Virus record (IMG/VR): IMGVR_UViG_3300027736_000001
Location: 1,311 to 65,310 of that record
Reading direction: 5' to 3' (one strand)
DNA length: 64,000 nt
Source: a virus
Taxonomy: Duplodnaviria; Caudoviricetes
Both the position numbers and the translations under genes were made by a program. The notes below the pieces were generated by a model. It had not been told where the DNA came from. It saw only the letters and a program-made list of their open reading frames with translations, and searched no databases. Each line of letters begins with the position of its first letter. The stretch's first letter is position 1. Below are positions 10,035-19,365 of this stretch, piece by piece.

Positions 10035-10062
10035 ATAGTACCACAACCTTGTACTTTGTCAA
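10035..10062 (-). promoter_or_regulatory. sigma70 promoter TTGACA-16-TACTAT with extended -10 TG
   Basis: Minus strand TTGACA aagtacaaggttgtgg TACTAT, upstream of the replication operon. Confidence 0.7.
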
Positions 10063-10072
10063 CACCCAGACG

Positions 10073-10097
10073 AAAAAAAAGCCGCCCGAAGGCGGCT
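10073..10097 (-). terminator. Intrinsic terminator with cUUCGg loop
   Basis: Minus strand GCCGCC-TTCG-GGCGGC then T8. Confidence 0.9.
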
Positions 10098-10123
10098 AGG
10101 ATTTACCCTTGGTCTAACAAATG

Positions 10124-10582
10124 TTAGATCGATGCTTTCTCAATGGCTCGGTCGATGTACCACTTGGCCTTCTGCAAGTCTTGCAGTCGGTTGCCTTTGT
10201 GGTCGGCGCGGGTGATGTACTTCACGGCATTGCCCAAGTGATACCCCAGTGCCTTTGCTTCAATAAAGTCGATGGTCTCAATCCCGCCCACCTTGTAGTG
10301 CTCAGGATGATTCACTGGGTCGGCCTTTGGTTCTTCTACGGCGATTTCAGGCATGGGTATCATTTTGGGGGGTTGCCATACCGCAATCCGTTTGAAGTTT
10401 CCAATCTTATTGGCAAGTTCCAGTTTGTTCTTGTCCATCTCTCGCTTCACCATGTACGCAATCTGATACGTGGTCTTGAATTTCTTCGCAACTTCGTTGA
10501 CGGTAGCCTCTGGGTTGCCGTTGTAGTACTGACGCATCAGGGATGCGCGGGATACCTTCTTTGCTTTTTTAGCTGTTGCCAT
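10124..10582 (-). CDS. DUF3310 (SaV-like) domain protein
   Basis: DPVNHPEHY..GGIETIDFI...GNAVKYITRA.HKG..LQDLQKAKWY. Confidence 0.85.
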   Translation of the reverse strand: MATAKKAKKVSRASLMRQYYNGNPEATVNEVAKKFKTTYQIAYMVKREMDKNKLELANKIGNFKRIAVWQPPKMIPMPEIAVEEPKADPVNHPEHYKVGGIETIDFIEAKALGYHLGNAVKYITRADHKGNRLQDLQKAKWYIDRAIEKASI

Positions 10583-10787
10583 TGTTTGCTCCTTGCATTT
10601 GGCTGTTGATGTACTCGGTAAGAATTTCTCTCATCTTGGCTTGCTTTGTATACGGATATTTGGTGTTGAAATAATCCATCACCTCCTTTGGTAGACGCAA
10701 GCTCGTGCAAAAAAGTGGCGGCTTCTTACCCAACCCCCGCCCCTTCTTTGGCTTTATCAGTTTCAGTTCCTCAATTCCCGTTGGCAT
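10569..10787 (-). CDS. Small DNA-binding protein (RHH/BrnA-like)
   Basis: GRGLGKKP..TSLRLPKEVMDYF. Confidence 0.55.
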   Translation of the reverse strand: MPTGIEELKLIKPKKGRGLGKKPPLFCTSLRLPKEVMDYFNTKYPYTKQAKMREILTEYINSQMQGANNGNS

Positions 10788-10956
10788 GTTCTAACCTCCT
10801 TTGCTTCTTAAAAAAATATTTGATTACTTGCAAGTTCACGCCGAACCGCTCGGCGATTTCTCGCATTGATACTCCCTGCTTGTGTAGGCTCAAGGCTCTT
10901 CGCTCGTCGATCAGTGTTGGCTTACGCCCACTTCCCGGTCTTGCGCCCCCCTTCAT
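10771..10956 (-). CDS. HTH DNA-binding protein with GGARPGSGRK N-terminus
   Basis: QGVSMREIAERFGVNLQVIKY. Confidence 0.7.
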   Translation of the reverse strand: MKGGARPGSGRKPTLIDERRALSLHKQGVSMREIAERFGVNLQVIKYFFKKQRRLEHANGN

Positions 10957-11099
10957 AGCTTCACCCCTTCATACCATCCGTCAACATACGCATCGTGGAA
11001 ACCCCAAGCGAACAGCCATGTCCAACTCAACTTTTCATCGCGTGGGTAGTTGATCTTTGCCATCATCAGGCACAGTTCTTTACTCGGTGGTGGCATCAT
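10953..11099 (-). CDS. Small hypothetical protein (48 aa, MMPPPSKELC...)
   Basis: Hand-translated; fills the gap and ends in an ATGA overlap. Confidence 0.5.
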   Translation of the reverse strand: MMPPPSKELCLMMAKINYPRDEKLSWTWLFAWGFHDAYVDGWYEGVKL

Positions 11100-11361
11100 G
11101 TTTTTTCTCCATCTTGGTTTGCAACTCATCCATCTTCGCCTTTAGCTTGGGCGCGTATTGACCTATGCTGATAAGTGTTGACTTGATCGTGTTGGTGTTG
11201 TATCCATACTCAAGGTTCTGCCGCAGTTCAAGATGTGCGGACCCAAGCAACCCATAGATTTCGTCTCGTTCTGCTTTAAGTCTCGCAACGTCTCCTTCCA
11301 AACCTCTTATCACAATCTTGAACGCCGTGGCTTCGCAATGTTTTTCACATGTGTCAGTCAT
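11080..11361 (-). CDS. Hypothetical protein (MTDTCEKHCE...)
   Basis: ATGA-coupled start. Confidence 0.55.
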   Translation of the reverse strand: MTDTCEKHCEATAFKIVIRGLEGDVARLKAERDEIYGLLGSAHLELRQNLEYGYNTNTIKSTLISIGQYAPKLKAKMDELQTKMEKKHDATTE

Positions 11362-11639
11362 GCTTCCCTCGCTTTCAGCATTGCGTCTGCTAACGAATAG
11401 CAAAGCTCTGCTATTGCTTTATGCTCATCAGGTTCGGGGCTATAGTTAATCAAACCACTCAAAGCTTTTGCCGCAAAGTAATCCCGCAGGGTCATGCCCG
11501 TCATGTCAGTCCTGTGAGGGTTTGGGAATGCTTGTTCTATTTTGTCCATGATCTGTCTTTTCCTTGATCCTGATGTGTGTTGCCAATGACCTTGCTTGAG
11601 TGCCAGTTCTTCAAATGCTTCGTCTTCTGGGTCAGTCAT
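11358..11639 (-). CDS. Conserved phage protein with GMTLRDYFAAKA motif
   Basis: GMTLRDYFAAKAL...YSLADAMLKAR, a widespread phage motif. Confidence 0.75.
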   Translation of the reverse strand: MTDPEDEAFEELALKQGHWQHTSGSRKRQIMDKIEQAFPNPHRTDMTGMTLRDYFAAKALSGLINYSPEPDEHKAIAELCYSLADAMLKAREA

Positions 11640-11826
11640 TCCATTTCTCCTTTAAAAACCTATCCACTTTTTCTTGCTCAAATTTTGCATAGTGCTGGGC
11701 CGCCCCCCAAAACCCTTGCAGTGAGTCTTGGTTTACAAGCCACGCAAAACGGCGTATTGCAGGTGTCAACTCAACGCCAGCTTCGGCGGCAAGCCTGTCT
11801 AAATTTGTATCCAATCGTCTTGTCAT
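11632..11826 (-). CDS. Hypothetical protein
   Basis: Coupled ORF, AGGAG RBS. Confidence 0.55.
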   Translation of the reverse strand: MTRRLDTNLDRLAAEAGVELTPAIRRFAWLVNQDSLQGFWGAAQHYAKFEQEKVDRFLKEKWND

Positions 11827-12011
11827 GTCTTCTCCTGTGGTGTGGCGTGTACCACTGCTTCAAGGTATTTCATTTCAGTTGCATCCATGGGGCGTCCGTT
11901 CTCTTGTTTAAACTGATGCAACACTTTCCCCAGCCTAATCGTTTGGTCAAACAATTCACCTACGTCAGCACATCCAGATGTTTTAATCAGGGCTTCAATT
12001 TTTGGACTCAT
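11823..12011 (-). CDS. Hypothetical protein
   Basis: Coupled ORF, AAGGAG RBS. Confidence 0.55.
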   Translation of the reverse strand: MSPKIEALIKTSGCADVGELFDQTIRLGKVLHQFKQENGRPMDATEMKYLEAVVHATPQEKT

Positions 12012-12244
12012 GTGTTCTTCTCCTTCATCCGTTGAATCCGCTCCAGCCTCTTGTGGTGCGCTGTTATGTACACGATGTACTCCATGTATGAATACGCTTT
12101 ATCCCAGTAAGTTCCTTTTGCTTCTTTTGGTGCATCCACAACGCCGTTGTCGGCATCCTGTCTGGCCTTGGCTTCGATGGTTCGCATCCGAGCATCCCCT
12201 ACAACTTCTTTGCAGGTGTCAATGTCAAAACTTTGCGGGGTCAT
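12008..12244 (-). CDS. Hypothetical protein
   Basis: Coupled ORF, AAGGAG RBS. Confidence 0.55.
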   Translation of the reverse strand: MTPQSFDIDTCKEVVGDARMRTIEAKARQDADNGVVDAPKEAKGTYWDKAYSYMEYIVYITAHHKRLERIQRMKEKNT

Positions 12245-12408
12245 GTCTTCTCCTTGATTGATTGCATTGCCGCTTTCAAATGTTTGTCTTGTTGTTTCTT
12301 TGCCTCTATCATGTCGGCAAGCAGTTGCTCTATTTCTGCGATTGAATACATACCCGCAGGCACATAAACTCGCATCGTGTCATATGTTTTGTGTGTGTAT
12401 TCCGTCAT
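12241..12408 (-). CDS. Small hypothetical protein (55 aa, MTEYTHKT...)
   Basis: Hand-translated; ATGA overlaps at both ends. Confidence 0.55.
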   Translation of the reverse strand: MTEYTHKTYDTMRVYVPAGMYSIAEIEQLLADMIEAKKQQDKHLKAAMQSIKEKT

Positions 12409-12674
12409 TTGCTCTTCTCCTTCAAATAAAACTCCATTGCAATGCGGTATGGGTTAAACATGGACAACAGTAATTGTTGAGGGCCGTAGTAGTAATATTT
12501 CGGCTTGCTCTCATCCACTGATGTAACAACCGTCCCATCAACAACGTGGTGATACCTTGTTTCATCAACCCGAATGGCGTAGCCCTCTGCCTTTGCCACC
12601 GCCAGCTTCAACTCAAGGCTACCAATGGGAACCCAGTTCTTGATGGTGTCTTCTTTCCTGATTAGCTTATTCAT
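12405..12674 (-). CDS. Hypothetical protein (MNKLIRKE...)
   Basis: ATGA-coupled start. Confidence 0.55.
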   Translation of the reverse strand: MNKLIRKEDTIKNWVPIGSLELKLAVAKAEGYAIRVDETRYHHVVDGTVVTSVDESKPKYYYYGPQQLLLSMFNPYRIAMEFYLKEKSK

Positions 12675-12796
12675 CTGTCCCCCCTTTCGTTCTCGTCCAT
12701 CCAAAACCACAGGCGCATCAGCCCAATTAACACAAGGCCACAAACAATGAATCCCAGGCCACCCAAAAGGATTGTTGTTGCAATTGTTTCCATCAT
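12671..12796 (-). CDS. Small membrane protein (41 aa)
   Basis: Hand-translated MMETIATTILLGGLGFIVCGLVLIGLMRLWFW...; one TM helix. Confidence 0.55.
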   Translation of the reverse strand: MMETIATTILLGGLGFIVCGLVLIGLMRLWFWMDENERGDR

Positions 12797-12996
12797 TCCT
12801 CCCCGCACTCGCTGAGTGCTGTGTTAGTTAACTCCCTGACCATCTCCAATACCTCCGTGGGGTTGGCGTCATGCTTGAAGTGACTGCGTACCGCCATCTG
12901 AATGTCTATCAATGCGCTGATAGCCCTACTCCCATTGAGTGCGTGCCGTAGCTTGTCCTGATCTTCGGGGTATGTGAATTCAAGAATTGCTTTCAT
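12793..12996 (-). CDS. Hypothetical protein (MKAILEF...)
   Basis: Start after AGGA. Confidence 0.6.
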   Translation of the reverse strand: MKAILEFTYPEDQDKLRHALNGSRAISALIDIQMAVRSHFKHDANPTEVLEMVRELTNTALSECGEE

Positions 12997-13153
12997 CTTT
13001 TTTCCTTTCGGGTGGTTTCCACCCAAACTTAATCCATGTTGCTTGCACATCTGTCGATGCTGATGGGGTGTACTTAAACGCTGGGTCTAAGATACTCTTC
13101 GGTCTGTATGCCATACCTATCGGGGGTACAGCTTTGAGTTTTAGTTGTTTCAT
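12980..13153 (-). CDS. Small hypothetical protein (57 aa, ...SILDPAFKYTPSASTDVQATWIKFGW...)
   Basis: Hand-translated; AAGGAG RBS. Confidence 0.6.
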   Translation of the reverse strand: MKQLKLKAVPPIGMAYRPKSILDPAFKYTPSASTDVQATWIKFGWKPPERKKDESNS

Positions 13154-13179
13154 TGCAGTTGCTCCTTGTCTAATAGTTG

Positions 13180-14016
13180 TTAGGTCTGCTCATCCAACAC
13201 TAGGACAAACACTTCATCATTGACACGACACCCTACGTTGGATAGGAATGTCTCGGCCTCTACCAATTTCAACATACCCAACTTACTACGCATCTCGTGA
13301 GGGAGCGTATTATCATCGTAGAGTTGTACATTGTCACGCACTTTAACCAAGTATTTACCCGAATCTTTTATGACTAGGGCAACCTCTTCCTTCTCAAAGC
13401 GTTGGCGTATTGTCTCAATGGTGAGCATCTCGCCTTGCATTTCTTCGACCTTCTTCGCCGCTTTGAGAATGGGTGCGCTAACCGACGGGGGTTGTAACTC
13501 TATGTGTGCCATGAAATGTGCAAGCCCCGAACCTTTGAGGTAGTCTAGTGCCGCCCTTTGGATGGTGTTCTCCTCTTGGGCCTTGGTTCTCTCCCGCTTC
13601 CATATCTGCTCGGTAAATACATCTGTCGCCGCCTTCGCCGCCTTAGTGATGCGCTCGTCTGGCTTCAAACGAAAGAACATCTTCTTGGCTTTGAGTATGG
13701 CCTTCTCTGCATCTTCTGTGTGATACGTATCCCCGCGCAGTCGCCCCTTGGCGATGCGGTCGTTGCATATGCCGATCACATGAGTTCCACCCCGATACGT
13801 TCGCGTGATTTCGCCTAGCTTCTCGCCCTGCTCAAACACATCGAACCCCATAGCTATTCTTGTGCCGTTAAAGCTAGTGTTCACGTCCTTTACTCGAAAC
13901 GTCCACAGCGGGTTCAGTGTTGCCAGTCGATACACCACTTGGTTGATGGTGCCGCTAACCTCGTCCACCTTGCCATGCTTGTGTGTGTCAATGTTGATTA
14001 GTTCCATTGTCTTCAT
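13180..14016 (-). CDS. Hypothetical protein
   Basis: 278 aa with AAGGAG RBS; stop lies inside a palindrome variant. Confidence 0.75.
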   Translation of the reverse strand: MKTMELINIDTHKHGKVDEVSGTINQVVYRLATLNPLWTFRVKDVNTSFNGTRIAMGFDVFEQGEKLGEITRTYRGGTHVIGICNDRIAKGRLRGDTYHTEDAEKAILKAKKMFFRLKPDERITKAAKAATDVFTEQIWKRERTKAQEENTIQRAALDYLKGSGLAHFMAHIELQPPSVSAPILKAAKKVEEMQGEMLTIETIRQRFEKEEVALVIKDSGKYLVKVRDNVQLYDDNTLPHEMRSKLGMLKLVEAETFLSNVGCRVNDEVFVLVLDEQT

Positions 14017-14026
14017 CTAATACTCC

Positions 14027-14881
14027 TTACCATTCAAACTTATTGATAATTGCGTCCACCTTGGACTTCAATTCACTGCGCGTGTCGGCATCTTCCTTGA
14101 TGCTCTCCATGTCCGCGTTCAACATGGCTACCTCTACTTGCCTACGGGCTTCCTCCAACTTCGGGTCGTTGGTGATGTTCAACTTGGTCAGAAGAGAACA
14201 GAGTTCCAAAGGATTGGTAAGCAACGTGTCGTGGTAACGCTTCTTGCCGTCATCCCCCTCAACATCAGTCAACTTCTCCGACATTGCCACCAACGTCTTA
14301 TGCAGACGCTCCCACGGCTCGCGCATTGCCTCTGCCAACTTGCGGTCTTGCTGTGACATAAACTCGCTGCGCATCTCCTCCAGGTCATACGCAGGAATGT
14401 CTAAGCGAAAGTCACCAGCCTCGGGCACAGGCTTGACTGTGCGGCGAAAGCCAAACTTCAATCTAACATCTGTTAGTTCGGGGTAGTCCTCTGCCTTGTA
14501 CAGCCCCTGCAACGCAGTCGGTGCCTCGGCAACCAAGCGCGGGTACTCAATGTAGAAGTTGTTGCACATCATGTTGAACGTCTGCTCGAACCCATTCATG
14601 GTCTGCTTGTAGTCCATGAACAACGCAGTCGGTAACATGCGCTCACCCTTGTCGGCCCAGGGCAATGTGTGCTTGTTGTGATACAGGCGCACTCGTGCGG
14701 CAAAGTCTGATATGTCTTTGCGTAGGCTCGTACCTGCAAACAAGTTCTTCTTGGTCTGCGATGCCCCACGCACCGCCCCCGCATCTGAGTTCACCTTGTC
14801 CGTGATCTCTCGGTCGATCTTGGACGCAGGCCACACACTGATGTTCAATTCCACTAACACTGCTGATGCACTGATACTCAT
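14027..14881 (-). CDS. DUF3150-like protein
   Basis: SAVLVELNISVW...TLPWADKGERMLP; helical; lies downstream of the AAA/vWA pair. Confidence 0.55.
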   Translation of the reverse strand: MSISASAVLVELNISVWPASKIDREITDKVNSDAGAVRGASQTKKNLFAGTSLRKDISDFAARVRLYHNKHTLPWADKGERMLPTALFMDYKQTMNGFEQTFNMMCNNFYIEYPRLVAEAPTALQGLYKAEDYPELTDVRLKFGFRRTVKPVPEAGDFRLDIPAYDLEEMRSEFMSQQDRKLAEAMREPWERLHKTLVAMSEKLTDVEGDDGKKRYHDTLLTNPLELCSLLTKLNITNDPKLEEARRQVEVAMLNADMESIKEDADTRSELKSKVDAIINKFEW

Positions 14882-14903
14882 TTCATTTCTCCTTGGTTAA
14901 AAA

Positions 14904-15110
14904 TTACTTCTCTTTCGCTAACTCAAGCATCTGTGAGGCGGCTTTGAGGGTGAGCTCTCCAGCTATCACCTCTGTGCCAAATCTTGCCCCCGCCTTGACC
15001 CGCACAATGGCCCACACTCCGTCTCCGTTGTCGCGTAGCCGTAGTTCTTCCTTCGGAATCTGCGGCAGTCTTGTGTCAGTCCATCCGTACTTGTATCTGC
15101 TCATGTTCAC
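14904..15110 (-). CDS. Hypothetical protein
   Basis: GTGA-coupled ORF. Confidence 0.55.
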   Translation of the reverse strand: MNMSRYKYGWTDTRLPQIPKEELRLRDNGDGVWAIVRVKAGARFGTEVIAGELTLKAASQMLELAKEK

Positions 15111-15358
15111 TCCTTCACGGGCTTACCCGCCAGCTTCGACATCTGATACTGCGCGTTAGATATGACTTTCATGGTGAATTGTCTGTCTAACGGAAATACG
15201 TGATAGGTGTAATCGGTGTCGATACCACTCTTCTCCTTCTCTTCTTTGGTGCGGTACTTCTCCTCGAAAGCCTCGGCCTTTGCCAGAATCTCAGCAAGTC
15301 GTATTGCATCCTCGGTCGGCAACACCACACTGCGATACCCCAAATCAATAACTACCAT
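15107..15358 (-). CDS. Hypothetical protein (MVVIDLGY...)
   Basis: AGGAG RBS overlaps the end of palindrome 15369. Confidence 0.6.
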   Translation of the reverse strand: MVVIDLGYRSVVLPTEDAIRLAEILAKAEAFEEKYRTKEEKEKSGIDTDYTYHVFPLDRQFTMKVISNAQYQMSKLAGKPVKE

Positions 15359-15392
15359 GTTCGTTCTCCTAACAGTTGTTAGATACCAGATT

Positions 15393-16580
15393 TCAATCTC
15401 GAATATGAATCGTCTTGCCATTTGGCGCAACATCATCATTACCCCCCACAATCACCCACAACAGAGGTGCAGTCCACTCGTTACCCCAGTCGCTACCAAC
15501 GTACCCATCGGTGAGCATGATGATGCACTCAGGCACGATGTGCTTGTCCTTGAGATATGTGGATACGCAACTAGGTGAAGTACCTCCACCGCCCGCTGGC
15601 CTGGTTGACTGCACGATGCTAGATACAGTAGCGCCTGTATAGGTCTCATGCCCCGCCACCTCGCCGTCCCAGTAGAGCAAGTCCACTACCTCGGGGCTTA
15701 CTTCCTCTGCGATACCCTTAACCTCGGAGAGAAACTCGGCGAGTTCCTTCCCGCCCACCGAACCGGACGTGTCAACACCGATCACCAAGTGACCCACCTT
15801 CTCACCTATCAGCGTAGGCATGTACACGCCTGTGGATAAGAATCTGCGGTTGACCCTGCGCCATGAGGACTTGTCCTTGGCACTGCACGTTGACTTCACA
15901 AACTCACGCAACACTTCGCGCCAATCGACTTTGGGCTCCATCAAGCCTTCAAGTTCGCGGTCAAGGCCACCTGTATTAGTTCCCGCTTTCTTGGCGGAGA
16001 TGAGTCCTTGGCGTATCGCTTGGTCAATCTCTCGTGCGAGTACCTTCTTCTCTTCCTCGGTCATGTCCTTGGCACCATCCCAATCGTGGATGTCGAACCC
16101 ATCGCCCTCGCCTTCGCCGTCATCCTCCTCCTTGAGTATGTCGAACACTTGCTTGGCATTCATGCCTCGGAATCGCTCGTCCACCAAGCCCATCACCTTG
16201 CCCTTGTTCGGCCCATCGGTATAGCGTGGCATGGCAATCACTGTCTCGCTCGGGTCCAAGTCCTTGAGCATGAGGTTAATCACGTAGTCACAAGCGGAAT
16301 TCGCCAAGTGGCGGTTCTCGTCATGCAACTTGCGCCATGTAGTGAGATGCCGATACATCTTGTGCGCGTTCTCATGCGCCACCACAAACGCCAACTCGGG
16401 GTCGCGTAGCTTCTTCACAAACTCGCGCCCATACCGCTCGTCTCGCCCATTGGTACAGGCGGTCGGGATGTTGTCATCCACTCTAGTACGCCCAACCATC
16501 ATGATGCCGCTCAGCAATGCGAATTTGGAATTGCGCATCAAACTGATCTTTGCCTTCTGCACTTTGCGTTCTTCTAACAT
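15393..16580 (-). CDS. Metallopeptidase-vWA protein (DUF2201-like)
   Basis: TACTNG, AHENAH (HExxH), VDTSGS MIDAS, GGGGT, LTDG. Confidence 0.85.
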   Translation of the reverse strand: MLEERKVQKAKISLMRNSKFALLSGIMMVGRTRVDDNIPTACTNGRDERYGREFVKKLRDPELAFVVAHENAHKMYRHLTTWRKLHDENRHLANSACDYVINLMLKDLDPSETVIAMPRYTDGPNKGKVMGLVDERFRGMNAKQVFDILKEEDDGEGEGDGFDIHDWDGAKDMTEEEKKVLAREIDQAIRQGLISAKKAGTNTGGLDRELEGLMEPKVDWREVLREFVKSTCSAKDKSSWRRVNRRFLSTGVYMPTLIGEKVGHLVIGVDTSGSVGGKELAEFLSEVKGIAEEVSPEVVDLLYWDGEVAGHETYTGATVSSIVQSTRPAGGGGTSPSCVSTYLKDKHIVPECIIMLTDGYVGSDWGNEWTAPLLWVIVGGNDDVAPNGKTIHIRD

Positions 16581-16583
16581 TTG

Positions 16584-16880
16584 TTAGCTCCTTTGTTTCA
16601 CTTCAGTTTCTTCAATACTTATAAGCATCTTCAATGCCGATGCCATCTGCTCTATGTCGTGTGTCTCAAGCAACACGTTTCTTTTGGAAGTGTCCCCTGA
16701 TACATGCTCCCGCTTCAACAACACAAATCGATACTCTGGTAGGTCTTGCGATTCAAACATCCGGCGCTCCAACTCCACTCGGTAGTGGTAATTGCTGTTC
16801 TTGAGTTTCTTCTCCAGATACTCAATCTCCTCCATCCTCAACGGCCAAGCCACCTTGCTGTATACCGCCGCATATAACAT
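16584..16880 (-). CDS. Hypothetical protein bounded by palindromes at both start and stop
   Basis: ATG in copy 16874, TAA in copy 16574. Confidence 0.6.
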   Translation of the reverse strand: MLYAAVYSKVAWPLRMEEIEYLEKKLKNSNYHYRVELERRMFESQDLPEYRFVLLKREHVSGDTSKRNVLLETHDIEQMASALKMLISIEETEVKQRS

Positions 16881-16883
16881 TTG

Positions 16884-17123
16884 TTAGCCTCCTTCCTCTG
16901 GTATCAGTAGCTTCACCATGTTGTTTAACTCCTCTGGGGTGTCAAACTCATGGACGATCGTGAACATACCCGCACCCACGCCGCTCTGCTCCAAGCGGTA
17001 CAGCGCATACTTGGATACACCCTTGTCGATGTACCCTCCTACTGTGTACCCTGCGTCTCGCAGTCGCTTGGAGGTGCGGGTATGCGACACCCATCCGTTG
17101 TCTACTTCAAGGTCTCGAGTCAC
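16884..17123 (-). CDS. Hypothetical protein
   Basis: GTGA-coupled; stop in palindrome 16874. Confidence 0.6.
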   Translation of the reverse strand: MTRDLEVDNGWVSHTRTSKRLRDAGYTVGGYIDKGVSKYALYRLEQSGVGAGMFTIVHEFDTPEELNNMVKLLIPEEGG

Positions 17124-18184
17124 AGCAGGTCTTGGTTCTTTGCTACCCAGTTGCTGAACGCCTGACAGCTAAACGCAATGGCTTGCTTGTCTCGGTTCTT
17201 GGCAATGTTGATAGCGAACACGGCTTGCCACTCGGCATCGAACCGCTCCACATACTCCATGAATGGGGTGATGCTTTGCTTGTCGATACGTGCAATGGCA
17301 CCGAACACAACGATCGCACATGCGCCAGGGCTTGTGGGTACCTTGGTGTGCTTAGGGTCTCGGATGGTCGCCTCCCATGTCGGCAATTGATCTGAGAATT
17401 CAATGTACGCTTGCATGTCACGCGCACCACTCTCACCGATAGCACCTGTCAACGCCGCAATCACCGCATCGGTGTCGTTCTCTCTGCGAGTTCTAACAAT
17501 GTTAGATGCCGTCTCCAATGAGCGTGGGGTTACGAACGCCGTCATAGTCTTGCGGGGGTTGAAGATGTAGGGGTTGTCGGCTTGCCCACCATCGGTGTAG
17601 CTTGCAAGTACGTGGGGAAAACGATTCACCCATGCAATCACCTCGGGCTCGATACCCTTGTTGATAGCCCACTCAATCCACTGCTCGGCATCGGGCTTGG
17701 CTACGTTGAGAGACACAAGGCGGTTCAAGCTATGCGCCTTCAACACATCGCCCACGCCATCGGTCGTTAGATTACCTGTCAAGAAGATGGGGCTACGATT
17801 GTCAATGGTGATGTCACCAAGGCGAGGGTTCGCCTTCTCAAGCATTGGATGTAGCATGTTCTTCACAGGGTCGGCACCTTTTGAGTACTCGTCCAGCATG
17901 ATGACGACAGGCTTGCCCTCGTGCAGTTTGAACCGCGCATTGGGGTAGTAGCGGGTGGTCTTGGTCTCGTGGTCGATCACAGGCATCGCAATGTCGCCCA
18001 AATCCATATTGGGTACGTCAATATACGCATAGTCGTACCCCAAGTCCCCAGCGATCGACTCCAGCAGGGATGACTTGCCGATGCCGGGCTCACCTCGTAA
18101 CATGAACCTCGTGGTCGGGTTCGTTTTGATAAGCGTTGCCGCTTGCTTCAAGGTCACAGTTTTTCCAAAAGTTACTTCTGACAT
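17120..18184 (-). CDS. MoxR-like AAA+ ATPase
   Basis: GEPGIGKS Walker A, IMLDE Walker B, TGN sensor, TPRS. Confidence 0.88.
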   Translation of the reverse strand: MSEVTFGKTVTLKQAATLIKTNPTTRFMLRGEPGIGKSSLLESIAGDLGYDYAYIDVPNMDLGDIAMPVIDHETKTTRYYPNARFKLHEGKPVVIMLDEYSKGADPVKNMLHPMLEKANPRLGDITIDNRSPIFLTGNLTTDGVGDVLKAHSLNRLVSLNVAKPDAEQWIEWAINKGIEPEVIAWVNRFPHVLASYTDGGQADNPYIFNPRKTMTAFVTPRSLETASNIVRTRRENDTDAVIAALTGAIGESGARDMQAYIEFSDQLPTWEATIRDPKHTKVPTSPGACAIVVFGAIARIDKQSITPFMEYVERFDAEWQAVFAINIAKNRDKQAIAFSCQAFSNWVAKNQDLL

Positions 18185-18267
18185 TTTCAAACTCCATCTG
18201 ATGTGCCGTTTCTAACAGTTGTTAGATTCGGCGGGTTACAAACAAACACTTCTACTTACCAACCTAT

Positions 18268-18296
18268 ATTATACCACAATGTTATGGATATGTCAA
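18268..18296 (-). promoter_or_regulatory. Consensus sigma70 promoter TTGACA-17-TATAAT with extended -10
   Basis: TTGACA tatccataacattgtgg TATAAT. Confidence 0.9.
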
Positions 18297-18305
18297 GTTT
18301 ATAGG

Positions 18306-19364
18306 TCACACTATCTCTGATATCCACTTGGCGTACTTCGGGTTGGGAGTCTTCCCCACCTCCAGCGCCACATGCTCCAGCACCTCCTCGGCGTGGTACT
18401 TCAATATGGCTTCGTCCACCATGAGCATCCACGCATTCACATCGACCCACCCATCCATCTCGTAGTCGTGCAGTACCCACTCATTGTTGTGAGTGGCCCT
18501 ACTCTCCCAATACCCTTCTACCAATAACGCTATCGCACCTCGGTAGAAGTTCTCGTGCCGCACATCCTCGGGCTGTCCGTTTACGATCGTGTCGGTGAAC
18601 GTTTTCATGTTCTCCTCATACTTGCGTATCGCATCGCGGTAATCTTGCTTTTGCACCTCCGTTGGGTTGAAGAAATACAGCTTTGTCGGCTTGCCAAAGA
18701 TGCAGTCGGTCTTCTCGCGGTTCAGTGCTTTGGCATCGTTGTATGCGCTGTCCATCACACCAAACATATTCACCGCCTCCTGTATGCCAAAATTGATTAC
18801 ATTGAACCTTCGCTCGTATGCCCTGCCCTGATGTAACACACGCTCCTCTTGGCGTAGGTTTATGAACCCACTCAGATACTTGCGGAATTCAGAGTAGCGC
18901 GATCTAACATTTGTTAGAGCCTTGCGATTTGCTTTGTACCCATAAAGCGTTTCGTGCTCCAGCACTCTCCATGCGTTAGTCCCCTCATGGCCCATCGTCA
19001 GCGTGTTGTCGCCTGTCATGGTGTAGTATCGGTTGCCCAATCGCAAGATACTGCTCCCGTTTTTCCCATGCGCAGGTATGCTTAACACTTGTTGGATGAA
19101 TTGGTGCGATGACACACTCGCCCACCCATTGGTGCGTAGCACGATCTTGCCGTTGGCCTTGTATGTGATGACCGGAGTCTTATACAAAACAAACTCCACA
19201 TCATCGCCGTTCATGCGCACAGAGTAGCTGTCCACATCCTTGCGATTACCCAAGGGTCGAATCTCGGGCACTCGTCCCCTGATTGGTAGAGCGGTGTCGT
19301 GTACCTGTTTGGCGTCCGCATAGTCTGTCACCCTCGGTACTCTCTTCACTGTTGCGTATCCCAT
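18306..19364 (-). CDS. Hypothetical early protein
   Basis: 352 aa ORF. Confidence 0.75.
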   Translation of the reverse strand: MGYATVKRVPRVTDYADAKQVHDTALPIRGRVPEIRPLGNRKDVDSYSVRMNGDDVEFVLYKTPVITYKANGKIVLRTNGWASVSSHQFIQQVLSIPAHGKNGSSILRLGNRYYTMTGDNTLTMGHEGTNAWRVLEHETLYGYKANRKALTNVRSRYSEFRKYLSGFINLRQEERVLHQGRAYERRFNVINFGIQEAVNMFGVMDSAYNDAKALNREKTDCIFGKPTKLYFFNPTEVQKQDYRDAIRKYEENMKTFTDTIVNGQPEDVRHENFYRGAIALLVEGYWESRATHNNEWVLHDYEMDGWVDVNAWMLMVDEAILKYHAEEVLEHVALEVGKTPNPKYAKWISEIV

Positions 19365-19365
19365 C

